Shown: piece after piece, positions 56,229-63,041 of the stretch
Position numbering within the stretch: position 1 is the stretch's first letter
How the letters are laid out: every line of letters begins with the position of its first letter
Virus record (IMG/VR): IMGVR_UViG_3300027631_000002
Location: 64,001 to 128,000 of that record
Length of the DNA: 64,000 nucleotides
Direction: 5' to 3' (one strand)
Origin: a virus
Translations under genes and position numbers: made by a program
The notes under the pieces: model-generated
What the model saw: only the letters and a program-made list of their open reading frames with translations
What the model was told of the DNA's origin: nothing
The model's database searches: none

Positions 56229-57006
56229 TCCATTTTTTTAATAAGTCTAATGCTATTCTTCTTCTACGTCCAATTGGTATAGTAATATCAGTTCTATCTA
56301 TTTCTTTTCCATGTTTTTTAAAAAAATCACTTCTACCATTACTATCAATACCTAATTCAATAAAATCATCATCAGTTAGTATAGGTTCACTTTTATATGG
56401 TTTTGGTTCTTTAGGTTCTATAGATTTTATATGTTTTTTATGATGACAAGGTGACTCTGTCCATACTTGTAATGTTTCTCCTTCTTCCTTAGACATTTTA
56501 AGTAGTTCATCATATGTTAATGTTCCAACTACACCACCATCAATTAACATTTGTTGATATTCTGTGATTGCTTTCATAAATCCATCTTTATCTTCGTAAT
56601 AATCTGGAAATTCTTCAACTTTTTTACCTAAGAAATCTTTCACGGTTCTTTCTGGGGAGAACCAAGTACTTCCTAATCCACCGTTTCTTAATTCTTTATT
56701 AAAACCAAAGATAGCACCTTCTTTAGGGATAATATCAAATGCAGTTCCATACCAACCAATCGAACTATCTGGATTTGGTCTAAAATACATATGTACTGAT
56801 TTTAAAGGATGTGGAATTCCCAAGTTAGCATAATTATTTATAAATTCAATGTAATCTTCATCAATTGAATTTCCAGAACTTACTGTACGTAATTTAGGAT
56901 CATCAATATATTCATCTTTATCAATTTTAACTCCTCTTACTAATGTTCCATTAAATACATTGGGAAATTCATTATTAAAATCTTCAAATATTTTTAAGTA
57001 CTTCAT
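56209..57006 (-). CDS. leader-bearing protein, possible ADP-ribosyltransferase-like fold
   Basis: Starts MKYLKIFEDF; TLVRGV and a later SVHMYF. The fold call is tentative. Confidence 0.6.
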   Translation of the reverse strand: MKYLKIFEDFNNEFPNVFNGTLVRGVKIDKDEYIDDPKLRTVSSGNSIDEDYIEFINNYANLGIPHPLKSVHMYFRPNPDSSIGWYGTAFDIIPKEGAIFGFNKELRNGGLGSTWFSPERTVKDFLGKKVEEFPDYYEDKDGFMKAITEYQQMLIDGGVVGTLTYDELLKMSKEEGETLQVWTESPCHHKKHIKSIEPKEPKPYKSEPILTDDDFIELGIDSNGRSDFFKKHGKEIDRTDITIPIGRRRRIALDLLKKWSDNELH

Positions 57007-57011
57007 ATATC

Positions 57012-57051
57012 TATATATTAAGTTTAGAGACTTATATTTTTTTAATATATA
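57012..57051. promoter_or_regulatory. divergent pair of putative late promoters
   Basis: TAATATATA on minus (57012-57020) and on plus (57043-57051). Confidence 0.65.
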
Positions 57052-57055
57052 CTTT

Positions 57056-57961
57056 ATGTCAAAAAATATAACAACAGAAGATTTTATAAAAATGTCAATT
57101 GAATTATTTACGGATAAGTATAATTATTCAAAGACTAATTATGTTAAAATGAAAGATAAGGTTATTATAATATGTAATGTACATAAAATTGAATTTTTAC
57201 AAACACCTGATAAACATTTATCTTCCAAAACAGGAGGTTGTCCTAAATGTAATACAATAGGGAAGGGTAGATTAACTAATAAACTTTTCATAGAAAAATC
57301 AAATTTAATACATTTAAACAAATATGACTATTCTATAACAGAATATATTAAATCAAATGAAAAAGTTAAAATATCTTGTAAAAAACATGGACCTTTTGAG
57401 ATTAATGCAAACTCACACCTAAATGGTAGAGGTTGTTCTAAGTGTGGTGGTAATTATAAATATAAAATTATTGAGTTATTGGATACATTTAATAATATGT
57501 ATAGAGGATATACATATGATTTTAGCAATTATAAAAATATTAAAAGTAGAATATTAGTTAAATGTCCTAAACATTCTCAATTTGAAACAAGTACTGAATT
57601 ATTACTAAATGGATATGGTTGTAGTTCTTGTGGTAAGAAAAGTACTGGTGAAGAAAAAGTATCAGAGGTATTGAATAAGAACAATATAATATATATAAAA
57701 CAAAAGTCTTTTGATGGATGTGTTTTCAAAAATAAAATGCAATTTGATTTTTTTATTCCAGAATTTAATACTTGTATAGAGTATGATGGTATACAACATT
57801 TTGAACCAATTAAATATTTTGGTGGTATTTATTCATTAGAGAAACAAAAAATTAAGGATAGTATTAAAGATAATTTTTGTAAAAAAAATAATATTAAATT
57901 GATAAGAATTCCATATTATGAATTTGATAACATAGAAAAAATATTAAATTATTCATTATGA
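57056..57961 (+). CDS. free-standing putative homing endonuclease (3 zinc-ribbon repeats plus Vsr/PD-(D/E)xK-like nuclease)
   Basis: Three C.xH..F.....HL...GC.xC units; FDFFIP...IEYDGIQHF...IRIPY; start moved to 57056. Confidence 0.85.
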   Translation: MSKNITTEDFIKMSIELFTDKYNYSKTNYVKMKDKVIIICNVHKIEFLQTPDKHLSSKTGGCPKCNTIGKGRLTNKLFIEKSNLIHLNKYDYSITEYIKSNEKVKISCKKHGPFEINANSHLNGRGCSKCGGNYKYKIIELLDTFNNMYRGYTYDFSNYKNIKSRILVKCPKHSQFETSTELLLNGYGCSSCGKKSTGEEKVSEVLNKNNIIYIKQKSFDGCVFKNKMQFDFFIPEFNTCIEYDGIQHFEPIKYFGGIYSLEKQKIKDSIKDNFCKKNNIKLIRIPYYEFDNIEKILNYSL

Positions 57962-58851
57962 TAGGAGATAGGTATAATATGGATGATGTCTTCTTTCGTG
58001 ATCTAACCATCTGCGTTTTAGATACACTAGAAGGACAAGTAAAGTGGATAAATAGATTTACCTCAGGTGATAAATTTGTAGAAGTTCCTTTCTACTATTC
58101 AATGACTGGTGATGAAAGATTTTTGTTAGATACATTTACTGATGATATAGTTTCTGGTGATTCTACTGGAAATGGTAGGTATCTTGAATTAAATACTGAC
58201 ATTATACCAAGAGGACATTTAACACTTAAATCATTTGCAATTCGTTCAGATGAATTTGCAAATCCAAATGTTTGGTTAAGAACAGTTGTTGAGAATGAAG
58301 TTGAAATAAAAAAGGTTTTAGGAAGAATTAGAGCAGTTCCGGTAACTGTTAGTTATGATTTGGTAATCACTTTATCAAGTGAGATAGATACTTTTAAATG
58401 TAGTCAGGCTATTATGGATACATTATGGATATATAAATTCATGTATTTTGAACATAATTTTATGAATATTGATGCAGTTATTTTAATGCCTGATTCAAAT
58501 TCTATTGAAATGACAAGAGATAAGAATTTAACATCTGATAATTCAATAAAAATGACAGTATCATTTGAAGTACAAACATACTACCCTGCTTTTAGAAGAG
58601 ATAGAGCAGATTTCCCTGGTTATACAAAAGAAAATGGTGGAATGTCAGATCTAAATGGATATGAAATAGAGGGTGGATATTCTGACTTTTTTAATAATGT
58701 TCGTGGTGGGACTACTGCAGGAGAGCCAAATAAGGGATTTTTTGTTGCACCTAAAAGAACACGTTGGTTTAATAATATTCTACGAGCTAGAGAACAAAGT
58801 TCTAGAAGATATGATAATCCTAATGGAGATTTGGGAAATAAAAACAAATAA
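57958..58851 (+). CDS. gp15: tail sheath stabiliser / tail terminator
   Basis: FRDLTICVLD...TSGDKFVEVPFYY versus recalled T4 gp15 ESGDKFIRVPITY; C-terminal FEVQTY. Confidence 0.75.
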   Translation: MIGDRYNMDDVFFRDLTICVLDTLEGQVKWINRFTSGDKFVEVPFYYSMTGDERFLLDTFTDDIVSGDSTGNGRYLELNTDIIPRGHLTLKSFAIRSDEFANPNVWLRTVVENEVEIKKVLGRIRAVPVTVSYDLVITLSSEIDTFKCSQAIMDTLWIYKFMYFEHNFMNIDAVILMPDSNSIEMTRDKNLTSDNSIKMTVSFEVQTYYPAFRRDRADFPGYTKENGGMSDLNGYEIEGGYSDFFNNVRGGTTAGEPNKGFFVAPKRTRWFNNILRAREQSSRRYDNPNGDLGNKNK

Positions 58852-58884
58852 AACAAAAAAAGGAAAAAAATGACTTTTTTACCT

Positions 58885-58893
58885 TAATATATA
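58885..58893 (+). promoter_or_regulatory. putative late promoter TAATATATA
   Basis: Upstream of 58924. Confidence 0.6.
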
Positions 58894-58923
58894 GTAATAT
58901 AAAAAAAATAATAAATTAGAAAT

Positions 58924-60207
58924 ATGAAGAATCTTAAACTTGAATTGTTTAACTTCAAAAAGGATCTTTCTCTTGATCAAGAAGAAATATCTACAATTGT
59001 AGAAGGACATATGAATGCTTGTAATCAACATTCAGAGAAAACTATAATTACTTCTCTTAATGAAAGATTAAAACCTTATACCTATGATAAAGGTGTTAAG
59101 GTATTATTAGAAGGTCTTAATGATGATATGGCTGCATTTGAATTACTATACGAATTGAAAAATTTATATGGTGTTCTTAATACAAGAAATCAAGGAGAAC
59201 TTTACAGACAACCTATAAACGTTTTATTACAAACAATTAATCTTGAATCAGATCAAGATAGAATGTCAAAAATTCTTAATGAATTAGCTATTTATGACTG
59301 GGTTCCAGAAATTAAAGTATTTGTTCATAACTTAACAAAATCTCCAGAAAAAAGATCTAATCTTTTAAGTGGTGGTAGTGGTGAATCAATCTTTACTGTT
59401 GTAGAACAAGTTGAAGAAGGACATGTTGCTTTGGTTAGAGATTCTTGGTTTTTATTGACTGAAAATTCAATTGAAAAAACATTATTAGAAAATCATATTA
59501 AAGATGAGACAGCATTAAGAAGTTTAAGAACTTTGGAAACTGCAATGAAATACTCAACTGTTACTGAAAGTAGAATTAATTTTAGAATTTCAGAATATCT
59601 AACAATTGGTTTATCAGTTGGTAAAAAAAGTGGATTATTCATCAATGATGACGAATTAAATGAAGAAACTACATTAGAAAGTTTGTTTAACTCTCCAATT
59701 ATTCCTATCGTTAACAAAAACTTTTATCCAGTTTTATTAGAAACTTCTAAAAACTTAGATAAATTTGTTGAATTAGATGTTGTAAAAAGAGTTAATAACT
59801 TAGTAAATCCTTATTTAGAAGTATTTGCTTTCAATTACAAAAATAATACATTTGTTTACAGATGTGATGAAAGATATGGTAATTCATTCTTTAAATATGA
59901 ATCTGCTTTAGAATTAGTAAATGAGGTAAGAAATGAACTAAACTATGACTTAACTTACTTCTACGAAAACAAACTAAGTAAAGAATTAATTGTTAAAAGA
60001 AAACTTGAAGATAAAGAAAGAGAAATCACTCTTAAATTAGAAGATGTTGAATTTAACATTGATAAAGTTAAAGGTTCTTTAAAAATGATTGGTGAATCAG
60101 AAGTTTTAACAACTGCTTTATCTAACTTAGAAAAAAGACAAGCTAATCTTTCTACTGAATTAAGTGCAGTTAAAGAATTACAATATAAAGAAAGAATAAA
60201 AGGATAA
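58924..60207 (+). CDS. late protein with C-terminal coiled coil (possible prohead core component)
   Basis: Late promoter upstream, many L-x-E sites, C-terminal heptads. Confidence 0.55.
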   Translation: MKNLKLELFNFKKDLSLDQEEISTIVEGHMNACNQHSEKTIITSLNERLKPYTYDKGVKVLLEGLNDDMAAFELLYELKNLYGVLNTRNQGELYRQPINVLLQTINLESDQDRMSKILNELAIYDWVPEIKVFVHNLTKSPEKRSNLLSGGSGESIFTVVEQVEEGHVALVRDSWFLLTENSIEKTLLENHIKDETALRSLRTLETAMKYSTVTESRINFRISEYLTIGLSVGKKSGLFINDDELNEETTLESLFNSPIIPIVNKNFYPVLLETSKNLDKFVELDVVKRVNNLVNPYLEVFAFNYKNNTFVYRCDERYGNSFFKYESALELVNEVRNELNYDLTYFYENKLSKELIVKRKLEDKEREITLKLEDVEFNIDKVKGSLKMIGESEVLTTALSNLEKRQANLSTELSAVKELQYKERIKG

Positions 60208-60279
60208 GATAACTAAACAAGTTATTATTCATAGCATTGCTGATTTCTAATACCTTCGGGTCATGACAATCATATAAAT

Positions 60280-60317
60280 AAAAAAAATACTCAAACGAAA
60301 GTTTGAGTATTTTTTTT
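60280..60317 (+). terminator. intrinsic terminator
   Basis: AAAAAAATACTCAAAC-GAAA-GTTTGAGTATTTTTTT. Confidence 0.9.
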
Positions 60318-60330
60318 AATATATACATAT

Positions 60331-60381
60331 ATGTATTCACTTTATGTTTTAAAAGACCCAGATAGTCTTATTATTAAATAA
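60331..60381 (+). pseudogene. truncated GIY-YIG homing endonuclease N-terminus
   Basis: MYSLYVLKDPDSLIIK* matches the IYxLxDP start of phage GIY-YIG nucleases; has its own TAATATATA promoter. Confidence 0.5.
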
Positions 60382-60405
60382 TCAAGAAAAGGTTATTTTT
60401 TATTA

Positions 60406-60431
60406 AACTTTTATAATCATAATTATATAAC
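60406..60431 (+). promoter_or_regulatory. putative middle-type promoter
   Basis: AACT-N16-TATAAC before gp55. Confidence 0.5.
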
Positions 60432-60489
60432 ATGAAACCATTAAAAGGTAATTAAAGAGTTTACTCTTATAAAAAATGATTTAACGGTT

Positions 60490-60855
60490 ATTTACTTAAA
60501 CAATAAAGAGCTCTATATAGAGATCATAGTGTCAAAAGCACAAGGACGACTAACAAGAAATGCGGAGAAAATGCTAGAGTTACTAGCAAAAAAGACAATA
60601 AGAAAAATGAGATACTGGTCAAATGATGACAAGTTAGATTGCTACCAAAGTGGTTTACTAGATATGTTTCAAAACTGGTTCAATTTTAATGAAGACAAAT
60701 CAATCAATGCATTTGCTTATTTTACAGAAATCTTTAAAAGAGGATTGGCTAAAGGATGGAATGACCTTTATAAAAAGAAAGGAGATAATGAACATTTAAT
60801 TAAACTTATCTCAATAAATGGTGCCAACGATGGAAATGGATTACACTCAATTTAA
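60490..60855 (+). CDS. gp55: late transcription sigma factor (gp55-like); start codon unresolved
   Basis: In-frame IYLNNKELYIEII upstream of the GTG at 60529; DCYQSGLLDMFQNWFNFNEDKSINAFAYFT parallels gp55 region 2. Confidence 0.85.
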   Translation: MYLNNKELYIEIIVSKAQGRLTRNAEKMLELLAKKTIRKMRYWSNDDKLDCYQSGLLDMFQNWFNFNEDKSINAFAYFTEIFKRGLAKGWNDLYKKKGDNEHLIKLISINGANDGNGLHSI

Positions 60856-60961
60856 TATACAAACATTTGATTTAGTCTCAGATCCGGGTTTTTCTACTGC
60901 AAATTTTTTTAATAAAAATTATATAAGAATGAAAAGAATAAGAAACTTATTTAATTTTTAG
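60836..60961 (+). CDS. 41-aa mini-protein carrying a prohead-protease-like motif
   Basis: Manual translation MDYTQFNIQTFDLVSDPGFSTANFFNKNYIRMKRIRNLFNF; ATG overlaps the sigma 3' end. Confidence 0.6.
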   Translation: MDYTQFNIQTFDLVSDPGFSTANFFNKNYIRMKRIRNLFNF

Positions 60962-60987
60962 TATAGAATACTTTTAAACCAATTTTT

Positions 60988-61287
60988 ATGAATAAAGTTT
61001 ATCTTCAAATCTGGGAAGAGTCAATTATTAATCAAGGAACAAGACCTGATGGTTGTTCACTACATATCGACCTAGAATCAAATCAAAAATATTTAAAATC
61101 AATCTATGAATTTAGAGAAAATTTAAAAATACCAAATGATTATGATTCTGCAGTTGGTGAACCAGTTGAGGTCTTGGTAAACGATGATGTTTACAACCTA
61201 ATAAAGATAGACAAAACAATTAGATTATTACAAAACGAATTTAATAATTTAATACAACTAAAAGATATAATACCAAATGATTGTTAG
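60988..61287 (+). CDS. hypothetical protein
   Basis: 99-aa ORF with WEES..RPDGCSLH. Confidence 0.75.
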   Translation: MNKVYLQIWEESIINQGTRPDGCSLHIDLESNQKYLKSIYEFRENLKIPNDYDSAVGEPVEVLVNDDVYNLIKIDKTIRLLQNEFNNLIQLKDIIPNDC

Positions 61288-61606
61288 TTTAATAATTTTA
61301 TTATTTATAATAAATAATATTTATTTTCTTAAAAATAGAGATTATTTACAAAAGAATTTTTCGGAAAAAAATAATATTAGATTACTAGATGTTTTATATT
61401 ATTATATAAATCTATTATACTATGTCTTTGTATTTATTGGTTTATTTACTGACTATAAGTTATATTTCTATATTTTAACTATAACATACCTATTAAAGTT
61501 TCCGCTATATCATATAAATAGAAAGATATATCAAATATTTTCATATTTCTATTCACATATAACAATTATTATTTTACTTACTTTATTATATTCCAAACTT
61601 TTTTAA
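61277..61606 (+). CDS. small multi-pass membrane protein
   Basis: Three to four hydrophobic segments. Confidence 0.6.
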   Translation: MIVSLIILLFIINNIYFLKNRDYLQKNFSEKNNIRLLDVLYYYINLLYYVFVFIGLFTDYKLYFYILTITYLLKFPLYHINRKIYQIFSYFYSHITIIILLTLLYSKLF

Positions 61607-62113
61607 ATGTAGTTCAGTTATGATTATAAAATCATATCCTTTCTTATCACACCAAGAAATCATAGTTTCCCACTTAGTCTTATTCTTATAAGCCATTTTA
61701 AGATCATACTCGAAGTTTTTTAACTTCTTTAATCCATTTTGAGGTACATTCATTTTTCCTTCTTTTAAATCAATTACCATTTGATATTCTTTCATTGGCT
61801 TTACTTCAACCACGACTCTCTTTCTAGTTCCATCTGCAAGTTGCATCTCATAATAAAAGTCTGGATAATAACAGTGTTCTTTAACTCTCATATCACCATT
61901 GTCAAAATGAGTCATTTGATAAGGTATTTTAAGACACTCTGCACCCCACATTAAAATACTTGAGTTATTATCTAACCAAGTCATTATTCTCTTCTCCCAA
62001 GAGCTTCTAAAGTAAACTCCACCGTTAGTATTTAGTTTCATTACTTTATCCTTATTTATAGGAATAAAATTTCCCTGGTTGTAGTTCTTATTATTTGGTT
62101 TTGAATTTATCAT
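61586..62113 (-). CDS. gp4: head completion nuclease (TnsA-like)
   Basis: YNQGNFIP.N..K, FRSSWE, WGAE, YYPDF, VEVKP, KW...WC. Confidence 0.9.
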   Translation of the reverse strand: MINSKPNNKNYNQGNFIPINKDKVMKLNTNGGVYFRSSWEKRIMTWLDNNSSILMWGAECLKIPYQMTHFDNGDMRVKEHCYYPDFYYEMQLADGTRKRVVVEVKPMKEYQMVIDLKEGKMNVPQNGLKKLKNFEYDLKMAYKNKTKWETMISWCDKKGYDFIIITELHLKKFGI

Positions 62114-62143
62114 ATTTTATATATAAATAAAAATAATTCTCTT

Positions 62144-62848
62144 ATGGCAGTTGTTGATTCTTTGTTAGAACGTGTTAAACTAGCTTTACTTTATAACGGA
62201 AATGGAATAGTTGAAAATTTTAAAAATAACTCCTTATTTTTCTATGATAAGTATAGTAAATCTAGTAAAGATGTTGAATCTATAAATATTAAAGATATTT
62301 ATCCTGGTGGGTTTTACTTTTTTCACTATAAAGACGATTCTAATTGGATGAAATATTCACCAGTATTTGTTGTCGATTTTAAAAAATTTGAAGATAAAGT
62401 AATTCTATTTGCAGTGAATTTTAATTTTATTCCGATGGAGATAAGAGCTCAGATATTTAATAAGTATATACAAACAAATGACTTTGAAAACAATACTTTC
62501 TTAAAGGTAAATTATGAAGGAATGTATAAAGAATTGTTAAATTCTGGATTTGAATATGCTTTAATGGAGTTTAATGCAGTACAACTAGTTTTGGTTCATA
62601 GAATTCATTTAGAACTACTACCTAGATTTCTTTATTCTCAACATCCTATCAATAAATATGATCCACAAAAACTAGTACAAATTTGGCAAGCAAAACTTTC
62701 TAGTAGAAATGAAAGACATAAAGAAGTAATCTCATCTATTCTAAGTGACTTCTATGATGTAAATAACGAAATATCAGACAAATATAATGTTATGAGAGAT
62801 CATATAAAACGTCTTCAGACCAGTCTTACCAAGTACGGAAAAAGATAG
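62144..62848 (+). CDS. gp2: DNA end protector protein
   Basis: GGFYFFHY, SPVFVV, FAVNFNFIP..IR; adjacent to gp4. Confidence 0.7.
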   Translation: MAVVDSLLERVKLALLYNGNGIVENFKNNSLFFYDKYSKSSKDVESINIKDIYPGGFYFFHYKDDSNWMKYSPVFVVDFKKFEDKVILFAVNFNFIPMEIRAQIFNKYIQTNDFENNTFLKVNYEGMYKELLNSGFEYALMEFNAVQLVLVHRIHLELLPRFLYSQHPINKYDPQKLVQIWQAKLSSRNERHKEVISSILSDFYDVNNEISDKYNVMRDHIKRLQTSLTKYGKR

Positions 62849-62891
62849 TAAAATGTAGAAAGGAAGAAGTTTATTTTTTATATATAGTTAT

Positions 62892-63041
62892 ATGAAAGCA
62901 AAAGATATAATGGAAAAATATAATATAACTCGAAGAACATTACATAATTGGGTTAAAAAAGGTGTTATCGAAGTAGAACTTACTCCAACAGGTAGATATA
63001 TCTACATTGAAAAAAATAAAAAGTCTGATGAAAAGTTGTAG
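62892..63041 (+). CDS. MerR/IS607-type helix-turn-helix mini-protein (49 aa)
   Basis: Manual translation MKAKDIMEKYNITRRTLHNWVKKGVIEVELTPTGRYIYIEKNKKSDEKL. Confidence 0.75.
   Translation: MKAKDIMEKYNITRRTLHNWVKKGVIEVELTPTGRYIYIEKNKKSDEKL

Noticed and set aside
2029-57055. Long N-terminal extensions in the track (2029, 3494, 10628, 14282, 23862, 27751, 39466, 47242, 56960)
   Set aside because: The extensions run through AT-rich promoter DNA; downstream ATGs match family starts or the leader motif.
2529-58873. Antisense or alternate-frame ORFs in the track (e.g. 2529-2771, 5771-6046, 5835-6083, 16232-16681, 25362-25775, 38178-38669, 50576-50995, 58620-58856)
   Set aside because: They lie within well-supported genes, have shadow-like composition and lack promoters or motifs.
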